From Octopus sinensis (lineage: Eukaryota): a stretch of 64,000 bases of DNA. The stretch lies in assembly GCF_006345805.1 (NCBI RefSeq), contig NC_043000.1:24676001-24740000 (forward strand), given 5' to 3'. How positions within the stretch are numbered: position 1 is the stretch's first letter; every line of letters starts with the position of its first letter. This document shows, piece by piece, positions 40,935 to 53,116 of this stretch. Below the pieces are notes generated by a model, which did no database searches, was not told the DNA's origin, and saw nothing but the letters and a program-made list of their open reading frames with translations. The translations under genes and the position numbers were made by a program.

Positions 40935-42136
40935 TAACTCGTCATCTATCAACAGAAGACTTAAAGTGCTCACCAAAACTAATTTGATCTTCTCTCCACA
41001 GAAATAGAGAGGTATTCAAGCTAAACATTTGCAGACAAAACATGTAAATGATATGTAACTAATTCAACTACGATGGCATCAAATGTTGTCAGATTCCAGA
41101 CATAGGAGGTGAGTGATGCTAAGAATTTACATGTAAAACTGCTCGACAAAGTAGTAAATTACTTTGGTTGGTGTTGCCAAGGATGTAGTCATTTTATATA
41201 TTTGTAGAACTATTTTGGTAAGAGGCAACATCAAAATAAATATCAAATAGAAATTGTAGTTGTGATACCTGTGCCGGTGGCATGTAAAGAGCACCATCCG
41301 AACGTGGCTGATGCCAGAACCGCCTTGACTGGCTTCTGTGCCTGTGGCACATGACCTGCTGTGCTAGAGGAGACCTATTGAGTCAAGTACATCAACATCA
41401 AAATAAATATCAAATGGAAATTGTAGTTGTGATACATGTGCCAGTGGCACGTAAAAAGCACCAACTGACTGTGGCTGCTGCCAGCCTCCCCTGGCACGTA
41501 AAAAGCACTCACTACACTCATGGAGTGGTTGGCGTAAGGAAGGGCATCTAGCTGTAGAAACACTGCCAGATCAGACTGCAGCCTGGTGCAGCCTCCTGGC
41601 TTCCCAGACCCCGGTCAAACCATCCAACCCGTGCTAGCAGGGAAAACGAACGTTAAACAATGATGATGATGATATTTTGGTAAGAGGAACTGTCTGTGCT
41701 GTCCTTTGAATTAGAAATAGTAGGCAAGTCTCCCTCAATTCACACTCAATGGATGTAGGAAAAAATAAAAAGAGTCATTGAAACCTGTAAAAAAGATGGG
41801 ATGGCTATGGCTGGAAAGTCTTTGATCATGGGTCTGGTCAATCAGACTTGGGCCTAAACATCAAAAACAACTATTTTGGTAATTCACTGCCATATTTCTA
41901 AAGCGGTCAATATTCCACTGTTAATTAGATTAGCTTTTATGGAGGTCAAAGGCCGTAGACATGATGGTAGTTAACATCATGCTATGGACACATTGGTTGC
42001 TTGAAGACTAGAATATTGTCCACCTCTGAAATACCCAATATTACGCTTGTAGTGATTATTAATAGAGAACCACAGAACGAAAATTATATATATATATATA
42101 TATAATATATATATATATATACATACATACATACAC

Positions 42137-42190
<54 letters not shown>

Positions 42191-42225
42191 CATACATACA
42201 TACATACATATACACATATATATAT

Positions 42226-42277
<52 letters not shown>

Positions 42278-43771
42278 ATGTTCTCAAACAAATCTAACAT
42301 GTAGGAAATTTCTAAGTTGATTACTTTTATGTTAATTAATAAGCAAACTATTGATGATGTACAGTAAGTAGCATGCTAGGCATGGAATGAGATGATTGGG
42401 TATGGTTGATTGGATGCTGAAAATTTGACACGGCTCACTGGACACTCAACCTGTTTTAGCAACAGTGTTTTCTGGTAGTGAAGGTAATCACACATGTGCA
42501 TACACACACACACTAACCTACACGTAAAGATAGGAAGAGAAAGAGGAAGAGACATTAAAATTTATTAATTCAATACGACTGACGTAAATGCTTTCCTCTC
42601 TCTTCATGTTCATAAAGAGAAATACACTCACACACATAAACAGTAAGGGAGAGGGAGAGAAGGAGAGAGTGAGAGAAATACCAAAACGTCTGATGTCAAA
42701 TAAGTCAGCATCAAATCAGTGATGCCAAATAAGCAGTGCCAAATGGACTGTGCCAAAATCACTCTTACCATGCTCAGGTAACATGGAGAACCTATTATAA
42801 GCAGATGCTCATAATAATTATGATATTAAGGTGAAAGACTGATCATAAGTACATGGGCCAATGTGATACTATTCAATGTGCCATGGTAAAAATTATGCTT
42901 CTTGGAGGCACATTTTTTACAAGACATTTTGTGAATCAGGCAAGCTGGGAGAAACAGAGTTATGTACCTTGTTTCATGATACAGCACATGATCACCATCA
43001 TCATCATTTAATGTCCAATGTTCATGCCTGATTTGGCATGATTTTCTACAGCTGGATGTCCTTCCTAACACCAACCACTCTGAGAGTGTAATGGATGCTT
43101 TTACATGTCACCGGCACAGGTGCCATTTGCATAACATTGGGGTGCGTTTATGTGCCACTGATGCAGGTGCCAATGTGCATGACACCAGTATCTGCCCTGA
43201 CTGTGATTTTGCTCCGCTTGATGGGTCTTCTACCCAAGCACAACATAATGACAAAGCCCTGGTCATTGCTTCCGTGAGGCCCAACACTCAAAAGGAACTC
43301 AGCCACTTTGCCTCTGTGAAGCCCAACCCTTGAAAAGAACTTGGCCACCTTGCCTCCATGAGGCCCAACATACTGGGGGGGGGGGTTAATGAAATCAACT
43401 TCCCCTTCCCCTCAACATAAGTAATGTTGACCTTATGCCAAGATCAGACAATTATTTTTATTATTAATATAATAGAAAAAAGTGGTGAGCTGGCAGAAAC
43501 GTTAGTACGCCGGGCAAAATGCTGAGCAGCATTTCGTCCACCTTAATGCTCTGAGTTCAAATTCTGCCGAGGTTGACTTTGCCTTTCATCCTTTTGGGGT
43601 CAATAAATTAAGTACCAGTGAAACACTGGGGTTGATGTAATCGACTATCCCCTCCCCCACATTTCAGGCCTTGTGCCCACAATAGAAAGGATTATTAATA
43701 TAATAAAAGGAATATTTATTGTAAAAAGAATCATAATGGTTGACAGCAATGCCACCACCACCATTACCACG

Positions 43772-43812
<41 letters not shown>

Positions 43813-44379
43813 CACCACCACCACCACCCCACCACCACCACCACCACCACCACCACCATCAAACTGAAGCAGTCACTAAATGTCAGCTAATAAGTCCTTA
43901 ATAACCGGAATATGCGATGTGATTTTGGTTTTCTCACTCACAGAAGTTAATGCACTTAACATGATAATGTCTTTGAGAATTTCCTGAATATCACAGCTTC
44001 CTTGAAAGTCAATAGAGCTAATCAATCATCGCCTGGTGGACATCTTTGATAAGGATTAGTCAAATGGCCATTTATTATGGTTGAATGAACGGATAAATAT
44101 AAATTATTTATTTATCCACACCAGTTTACAATCACTAGGTTCTGCGACACAAGATTCACATCTATAAACTGTGAAAGATGAAGTTCCAACATATTTATTA
44201 TGAGTGAAGTCAGCAGAAGAAGATTGTGTTAAGGTAGTTTAATAGATTCCACGAGCAGACAAAAACAAAAACAACAACAAAGCCAGCTGTCACACTACTT
44301 ACTAAGTACTGGATCCATATACATTGAAGCATGTATGCATGTGTACATATATATATATATGTGTGTGTGTGTAGATATA

Positions 44380-44431
<52 letters not shown>

Positions 44432-44433
<2 letters not shown>

Positions 44434-44641
44434 TGACCACGTGTGTACCGTGGGCGATTTTTTTTCCTCTGTCTTCCCTTCTCTGGATCTTTCCTTCTCC
44501 TATGTTTCCGATGAAGAGCTCCACTCGAAACGTTAAACTCTCCTTCTTCCCTTCCTTCCTGAGCATCTAATAACACTATATTTGTTCCACGTCCTCGCGT
44601 TGTTGTGTTTTCTCTTTGTGTTTTCATGTTTGGATTAACTT

Positions 44642-44642
<1 letters not shown>
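44432..44642 (+). mobile_element. (TA)n-embedded short element with a minimal hammerhead fold at 44504-44538
   Basis: GTTT-CCGATGA-a-GAG ctcca CTC-GAAA-CGT-T-AAAC, with (TA)n on both sides. Confidence 0.55.
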
Positions 44643-44672
<30 letters not shown>

Positions 44673-44787
44673 GTATATATATATATGTGTGTATATATAC
44701 ATACATATATATATACACACATGTTATTGTAAATGAACATAAAAACAAACAATATATAAGAATAAATAAACTTCATTTCAAACTCAC

Positions 44788-44907
44788 CATCAAATATTCC
44801 ACTTTCTAATAGACTGCCATTTTTCTCAAGGGTCACAAATTCTTCAGTAGTAAGAAATGTATAATGAACTCCGTTAATTTCTCCTGGTCGAGGGCAACGT
44901 GTGGTAC
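44788..44907 (-). CDS. Magi: Magi coding exon, guanylate-kinase-like domain: (C)TTRCPRPGEINGVHYTFLTTEEFVTLEKNGSLLESGIFD(G)
   Basis: The translation matches the MAGI GK motif (TTRxPRxGEVxGVDYxFLxxEEFxxLExxGxLLExG) as recalled. Acceptor ttatcttcag|GT and donor G|gtgagt; 120 nt, phase 1 to phase 1. Confidence 0.95.
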
Positions 44908-45875
44908 CTGAAGATAATTTGAAAATCAAAGTTACAGTTTTAGGATAAACACTAAATCAGTGGATTAGAAAAAGAAAATATATTTTTTAAAAATATTACA
45001 TAAAGAAATATGAAATAATAATAATAATTGGAACACTGTTCTTAGTCCTTTTGGATTTGGTCAAACTGTCTTAAATATACCAGCATGGAACATGAACGTT
45101 AAATGATGATGATATTCAAATGCAGATTTTTTCATGTTTACAAAATGAATCTTGAGATTAGGCATTGATGTCTACAGAGGTTAAGTCATGGTTTTAGAAA
45201 GCATCAGAATCATTCCACAATTATAACTGAGTGAAATTCTACAAGGAAAAAGGACGGAGGGAAGAAAAAAACAAACTAATTATCTAGAGAACTACTTGGC
45301 ATAGCACAAATGACCAATTTGGCAGTGGAAAGACTTTCATAAAACGAAACTCGAAATTAAATAGCGTGTTAACAATATCAATTTCCCTAGTCTATGAAAG
45401 CATGCGAAGGTCACAGACTTTTCTGCCCTTTCTGCCAGACCAAACTAATTAAAAATCAAAATAAGAAACATCGTCTAAAATATGACTTCCTGCAGGCAAA
45501 CAGGATTTAAAGAAATCTTCACTCTGGAATAAAATCTGGCAACTAAAATACTTTCCTGCCTTCTATTTTTACCAATTTTTGGTTTTCACATTTTATTTAT
45601 CTCTACTTTTTTTTTTTTTAAACCATTTTTTCATTTTATTACTCAAAAACAATGTCTTGAAAATTTATTTATCTTCAATTCCAAAGTACAGTGGTTATTT
45701 CTAAATGGAACAGTTGAAATGGTTTCATTTCCTAATTTATGACTTTTACGAAATTACATAGTGAAAGAGGCTGTCACATGTTTGTTTTATGTTTGTTTTT
45801 CTATGCTAGCATGGGTTAGATGCATTTAGCATGGGTTAAGTGTGTTTATTATAGAAGAAATATTTTATTAATGGA

Positions 45876-46388
45876 CTAGCAGTATCGCCCGGCGTTGCTC
45901 GGGTTTGTAAGGGAAATAACTAGATAAGCATTTTTAGAGAGTTACTTCCCTTATAGATGCCAATTCGGGCTTTCTTAGCCATTTCTGTTTTGGTGTCTTC
46001 AAGCCATGAAGTCGTTGTTCTAAAAGAACACTGGTCTCCTTGACAACGCTTTACGACGTTGATTTCCTTACACTCCCTTCCTCACAGCTTCACGAGGGAG
46101 GGAAGAAGGGGGAGAAGCAAACAGGTGCAGCTGTGACTATGGACGCCAACTCCGCCGCCATCGACACACGAAAAATTATGCATTAAAATGGAATAAAAAA
46201 TGATGTTAAATTATTTTTAAAATCGTAGACTCATCGTAGACGCACGCTAATACTCAGACGGGCTCGATATGAATCACGACTATAAGATACCCGAATTTGG
46301 TTAAACTGCACCGCAAAATGTGGGAGTAGTTAGGAATCTAAATCGAAGGGGACAGACACTCACACAACTACAGTTTTATATATATAGA
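45876..46388 (-). mobile_element. Non-autonomous Helitron with an extra ~215-bp internal segment
   Basis: Same termini, hairpin and A|T site on the minus strand. Colinear with the 34553 copy except for ~45957-46172. Confidence 0.8.
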
Positions 46389-46950
46389 TATCCTTTCTGT
46401 CACTAACATTTATCTGTTGTTCAAATAAAGAATCCCTTATTTCGCACATCTTCAAAGGTACAATGTGAGCAGATGATATTCTTTTTTTTCTATTTGCCTC
46501 AGTCATTTGACTGCAGCCATGCTGGAGCATCGCATTTTAGTCAAAGAAATCGACTCCAGGACTTATTCTTTATAAGCCTAGTACTTATTCTATTGGTCTC
46601 TTTTGCCAAACCACTAAGTTACAGGAGGACATAAACACACCAGCATTGGTTGTCAAGCGATTGTGAGGGGCCAAGTATAGACACACACACACACACACAC
46701 ACACATGCAACAGGCTTCTTTCAGTTTCTGTCTACCAAATCCACTCACAAGGCTCTGGTCAGCCCAAGGCTATAGTAGAAGACACTTGCCCAAAGTATCA
46801 TGTAGTGGGAATGAACCTGGAGCCATGTGATACTAGGCTTACAAAGAATAACATCTTGGGTCGATTTGTACGACTAAAGGTGGTGCTCCAGCATGGCAGC
46901 AGTCAAATAACAGAAACAAGTAAAAGAATAAAAGAATACACATATATATA

Positions 46951-47275
46951 GTGAGAATTGACAAAAAAACAAAAGACGAAGACAGGTGTGTAAACAACAA
47001 ACTGATGTATTAGTTTAACGCTAGGGAAGTGAGAAAGTCTTTTATGTTTTGAGCCTATGCTCTTCGACAGAAAGGAACACAGAAATAAACAGAGAGAGAA
47101 AATAAAAAGTTTAGTGGCTAGCGACCAATCATGGTGAATATATATATATATATAGCCATGATAGATCGTTAGCCACTACACTCATTTTTTCTCTCCTTGT
47201 TTTTTTCTGTTCAAAACGTAAAAGACTTTTTCTACACCACCTGTCTTCGTCTTTTGTTTTTTTGTAAACTCTCCC
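46951..47275. mobile_element. Inverted pair of Penelope-like fragments separated by (TA)n
   Basis: 46951-47138 and 47155-47275 are oppositely oriented copies of one family. The first has a hammerhead-like core at 47039-47074 (minus strand). The second has lost that core by internal deletion. Confidence 0.6.
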
Positions 47276-47294
47276 TATATATATATATATATAT

Positions 47295-47523
47295 TTCTTT
47301 ACTACCCACAAGAGGCTAAACACAGAGGGGACAAACAAGGACAGATAAACGGATTAAGTCGATTACATCGACCCCAATGCGTAACTGGTACTTAATTTAT
47401 CGACCCCGAAAGGATGAAAGTTAAAGTCGACCTTGGCGGAATTTGAACCCAGAATGTAATGGCAGACGAAATACGGCTACGCATTTCACCCGGCGTGCTA
47501 ACGATTCTGCCAGCTCGCCGCCT
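47295..47523 (-). mobile_element. SINE family B, full-length example (ggcggcgagctggcagaa...gagttcaaattcc...gcctttcatcctttcggggtcgataaa)
   Basis: About 20 copies, e.g. 1-965(-, several), 3388-3790(+, two), 17255-17455(-), 21280-21478(-), 39596-39815(+), 43483-43695(+), 51290-51535(-), 55140-55570(-), 55830-56275(+, two), 63478-63695(+). Confidence 0.85.
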
Positions 47524-47554
47524 TCCCAGAGAGAGAGAGAGAGAGAGAGGGAGG

Positions 47555-47611
<57 letters not shown>

Positions 47612-48282
47612 ACAGAATAAAATAAGAGAGTTAGTTTATCATTTTATTGTAACATCATATATTTCTGGCTGCCAAAGTCATTCACAAGGTTTTGGCCAGC
47701 CTGAAATTATAGTAAATGACAGCGCTCAAACAAAGTGTCATAAGGTAGAACTGGATCCTAAGTCACATGGTTGAGAAACAAACTTCTTAACCATGCAGCC
47801 ATACTTGTTTTGCAAAAATACATTTTGGAAAAAAAAAAAAAAATTATTTATTTATTTATTTATTTATTTTTTCAGTTCTGTTGTCATTTGTTTTCAAGCA
47901 GAAGGAGACTTGTGTTAGAGGATATTGAAAATAAGACCTAAACTGTGAAAGACGGAATTGAATTAATGCCTTTTCAAGGACGCCAGCAAAAGTAAATAGA
48001 TGTCGAGTTTATAGACTTGGTGAAATCAAATGTAAATGTGTGTTGAGTAAACATTTATTGCTGTTGCTTTTTGCTTGTTTATTGTTATTCTTTAAATTGG
48101 AATGAAAATACAAAAGTGAAAGTGAGATAAAGAGTATCGGAGAGAACTGTTTTGGTTGAGGGAAGACAGACCTATCAGGGGTTTGTGCATTGAGAAAGCG
48201 AGGAGGAGGAGATGTGTAGCAGTCAGCATGTTCTGCAGACTCATCCAACAAACGGCAGTGTTGAGAGACAATGGTACTGGTG

Positions 48283-48420
48283 ATGGTGGTGGTGGCGATG
48301 GAAATGGAGATGGTGGTGGTGGCGAGGGAAATGGAGATGGTGGTGGCGATGGAAATAGAGATGGTGGTGGTGATGGAAATGGAGGTGGTGGTGGCGATGG
48401 AAATGGAGATGATGAAGAAG
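48283..48420. repeat. Higher-order (GGT)n/GATGGAAAT minisatellite
   Basis: ggtggtggcgatggaaatggagat-like unit repeated about five times. It is the source of a spurious Gly-rich ORF. Confidence 0.85.
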
Positions 48421-49200
48421 ATATATATTGGCAATGTTTAGATCTATAACCATCAGTCAATTTATAAATAATGAAAGAAAAATAACAGCTTTTCTCTTTC
48501 CATACAATAAACATTCTTACATGTTCTAACAGATTACATCTCTCTCTCTCTCTCGCCCCACTTGTTTCTTTATGTGTGTATGTGTATGTACACACACACA
48601 CACACATGAACATTCATGGATATACATATATACATACTTATATAAATGTAGATACACATATGCATATATAAGTATGTTTACTAATATACACACATAAACA
48701 GATGCGTACAAACACAAATACAAATACAAATATATATATAGATGCATATATACACATAAATTATTTAGATGCATGCATATATACTATTATTTAGATACAC
48801 ATGTATTTGTACACACACACACTGTTGTGCATTCATTTTACATGTGTTTTTTCATGCTGGGATGGTTTGAATTAAAACTTATTTTACAGCTTCATGCTCT
48901 TCCTGTTGCTAACCACCACCTGTTTTTCATACACACACACACACACACACATACACATATGAGTGCACGACCTCGAACCCACAAGAGTAAACAAGAGAGA
49001 CAGAGACAGGAAGTAACAAGGAAAATGCCACTTGTATTTGAACACTAAGCAAATATTCTTTAAAAAAAACTTTTCTTTTAATTTTTCCAAATTTAATTGT
49101 TTTCCATACTTACAGTTGAAAAAGTCTCAATGACTGAAACCGGTACTGGAATGCTTTTTATAAAATTATTTTAGCATTTTCTATCTTGATTTTTTTTCCA

Positions 49201-49908
49201 TATATATGTATATATACATGTATATGTATATATACATGTATATGTATATATACATATACATGTATATAAGACATGTACATGTATATATACATGTACTGTA
49301 TATATACATGTACATGTATAAACATGTACATGTAGATATACCTTTACTGTATATATACAGTGTACATGTATATTACCTGTACAGTAGATATCATGTACAT
49401 GTCTATATACCTGTACATGTATATATACTGTACATGTATATATACATGTAATGTATATTACATATACATGTATATATACATATATCCATGTATATATCAT
49501 ATCCATGTATATACATATACATGTATATATACATATACATTGTATTATACTATACATGTATATATACATATACATGTATATATAAATATACATGTATATA
49601 TATATACATGTATATATACATATACATGTATATATACTTACATTATATATACATATACATCTATAACATATACATGTTATATACAATACATATATATACA
49701 TATACATATATATCATATACATGTATATACATATACATATATATACATATACATGTATATACATATACATATATATATATCATATACATATATATATACA
49801 TATACATATATATACATATACATATATATACATATACATATATATACATATACATATATATACATATATATATGTATATATATATATATATATTATATAT
49901 ATATATAT
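49201..49908. repeat. ~700-bp compound (TA/CA/TG) microsatellite
   Basis: Near-continuous purine-pyrimidine alternation. Similar tracts at 7066-7550, 13000-13660 and 42086-42272. Confidence 0.95.
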
Positions 49909-50224
49909 CATCATTTAACATTCGCTTTCCATGCTAGCATGGGTTGGACAATTTGACTGAGGTCTGGCGAACCAGACTCCAATCTGATCTGGCAGAGTTT
50001 CTACAGCTGGATGCCCTTCCTAATGCCAACCACTCCGAGAGTGTAGTGGGTGCTTTTACGTGCCACCTGCACAGGAGCCAGTTCAGCGGCACTGGCGACG
50101 ACCTCGCTTGAATGTTTTATGTGCCACCACCACAAGTGCTAGTAAGGCAACGTGGTAATGATCACGCTCGAATAGTGTGCTTAACGACCCGTCGGCATGA
50201 AGGCCAACTTTTTGCTCTGGCAAC

Positions 50225-50267
<43 letters not shown>

Positions 50268-50271
<4 letters not shown>

Positions 50272-50423
50272 CTGGAGTAAACACATAAATGTGAAACAAG
50301 GTGGAAAAAAAGAGTACTCAAATACCAGTGGTAGAGTAATATGCTTTATTTAAAGCAGCAGAAAATTCTACAAAAGCTGTTACTCTGAGTTTCACGTTGC
50401 TGTTCATCGGACAGTTTTTGCTA

Positions 50424-50425
<2 letters not shown>
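50268..50425 (-). mobile_element. (TA)n-embedded short element with a minimal hammerhead fold at 50377-50414
   Basis: Minus strand CTGT-CCGATGA-AC agcaac GT-GAA-ACTC a GAGT-A-ACAG, with (TA)n on both sides. Confidence 0.55.
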
Positions 50426-50480
<55 letters not shown>

Positions 50481-53061
50481 TACACAAATATATATATTGT
50501 ATGATTTTGAGTTAGAGTTGTGATACAGCTTGATAGTGAGATGTGGGTCTTCAATGCAAAATACTTGTGAAGATTAGAAAGAAATTAAATAAGCACGGCC
50601 CAATGGATGTGCAATTTTAGTGCATTTGAATACCAGAGTACAATATGGTCCATATTCTATGGGTTGGACAGTTTGACAAGAGCTGACCAGCTGGGGAGCC
50701 ACATCAGGTTCCAGTTATCTGTTTTGGCATGTTTTCTATGGCTGGATGCCCTTCCTAATGCCAACCACTTTGCAGAGTGTACTGGGTGCTTTTTTTGTGG
50801 CACCAGCATGGGTGTCTACTATGTAGTAATGGCACGGGTGCTTTTTACATGGCTCTGCAGCTCATCGGACCCTGCCAAATTGTCCAACAGATAGCTAGCA
50901 TGGAAAACAGCCATGAAATGACGATGCTGATGATGAGGTAAGCTGACAGCTGCATAAGAAAGTACTGAGATCCCCAAATTAGTGGAACCCACATGAGAGG
51001 GAGATGAAAGAATATTTGAGCCAAAGTAGTTTCTGTCTATAAAATCTACTCACAGGACATTGGTCAGCCCAGGGTTATAGTAGAAGATACTTGCCCAAAG
51101 TGCCATGCAGTGGGACTGAACCTGGAATCATGTGGTTGGCAAGCAAACATCTTACCACATAGCCACACTCGAGCATTTGTTCCCAATATACACCAACTTT
51201 ACCCTTTCTGTACGGACATCCATCACTCACTCTCTTTACTCTGGGCCACTTCTACTGTCACACACATCACCTACTCTTGCCTTTGTCTACCTTATTTCTT
51301 ATTTCTTTATTGCCCACAAAGGGCTAAGCATAGAGGGAACAAACAAGGACAGACAAAAGGATTAAGTTAATTACATCAACCCCAGTGTGTAACTGGTACT
51401 TAATTTATCGACTCCGAAAGGATGAAAAGCAAAGTCGACCTCGGCGGTGTTTGAACTCAGAACATAAAGACAGACGAAATACTGCTAAGCATTTTGCCCG
51501 GCATGCTAACGTTTCTGCCAGCTCTTCGCCACCTTGTCCACCTTAGCTATTGGCTAATCACCCTATTTCTGACTCCATCCCTATATAACCCTGCCTTTCC
51601 TAACACACTCTTTCTTCTTCATCAATACATTCTGGTCTTCCAGCAGTCATTGCTTTCTTTCTTTCTCTCTCTCTCTCTCCTTCTCCCTTTCTTTCCCTCC
51701 CACCCTCTCCCATTTCCCCTCCTCAGTCACTTGAGTGAATGTACATGCTCAAGGTTGAAGAGTACTCTCAACTCTTACACTCTCCGTCCCTTTCACCATG
51801 CGTTGTGTTTCTGCTCCAACGATCCATAGGGACCTAGCTCCTTCCTCCCCTCCCATCCACCTTGGAGACCCTGCAAGAAGTCTGTAACACGGTCCCTTCC
51901 TACTCTGGCTAATCGATAAAAGAAATCAATCAATACCGCTTTATTGCCAAATGCTTGTCAGTCACAAGTTTGGCAAACTGGAAAAATATTTGCTCCAAAA
52001 ATTTATTTGAAAATTCAGATTTGATGAATTCTTTCATTCATAGAAAAACAAATAACCAGGAAATATAAAAAAAAAATTGCGTACATATATGTGGTGTTGT
52101 TTTTATGTATGTGTGTGTGTCAATGTGATTGTGTGTGCGTGTGTGTATTTTGTTTGCCTAAGTGTGTGTATTGTTGTTTACATAGATGTGTGTGATAGTG
52201 TTTGCAAAGATGCGTGTAATAGTGTTTGCATACATGTATGGCATTGTTTGTGAATGTGTTTATGTGCATGCATGTATATGTGTGTTTTGATGCATTTGCA
52301 TACACATACTGGGTTGCATGTATAAGTGTGTTACTACTGTGTGTATATATATGTCTGTTTTGTTTGTATAAATGTGTCATTGTGTTTGTGTACATGCGTG
52401 TGTTGCATGTATATGTGTGTTATTACATTGTATATATATGTCTGTTTTGTTTGCGTATATGTGTGTTGCTGAGTTTAAGTAGGTGTTACCGTGTTTGTGT
52501 ATATGAGTTGTAATGCAGTGAGAGCAGATGCATCACTGTACGTACGGATGTGCGACTGTGTTTGCGCACATGTTTTTAGGTCGCTGCATAGAGAGAGAGT
52601 CCTTATCGGAAAGAGCTAACCCCTTAAGAGCAATCAAAACTGATAAGAAAGAACAAGTATATTATATGTTAACAGAAATAATGTATGAAGCAAGCAGTTT
52701 GTTTCATAAGGTGGACAAAGGCAAGAGTCTTTCTTTATTATAATAAATTGTAATATATATATATTATAATAAATTCCAATATATATATATATATATTCTT
52801 TATTGTGGTGCTATTAAGTTAGACGTGGCCTGGGCCTATACTGGTCAAAACCTATTAAAGGTATCAAAGTTATATATACATATACATATATATATATATA
52901 AATTAGAAAAAAACCCACCTTTTATTAATTCAAAATGAAAAATTAAATTACACCATCTAGAAAATTACATATAATAGAAATATTAAATATAAGATAAAAA
53001 ATAATATACCGATGATTAAGTTTGGAATAATATTCCCTCAATTTATTATTATTTTTATATA

Positions 53062-53116
<55 letters not shown>

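Larger units (their letters stand above)
8893..44787 (-). other. Magi: 35,895-nt GT-AG intron of Magi
   Basis: Bounded by the two exons above. The phase-1 junction restores ...IFD-G-NHYGTPKP. Confidence 0.85.

Noticed and set aside
42000-42050. TTGAAGA...GAAA motif
   Set aside because: No stem I complementarity.
48009-48613. Gly/Asp-, His- or Pro-rich ORFs
   Set aside because: They derive from a GGT/GAT minisatellite, with no recognisable domain or donor site.
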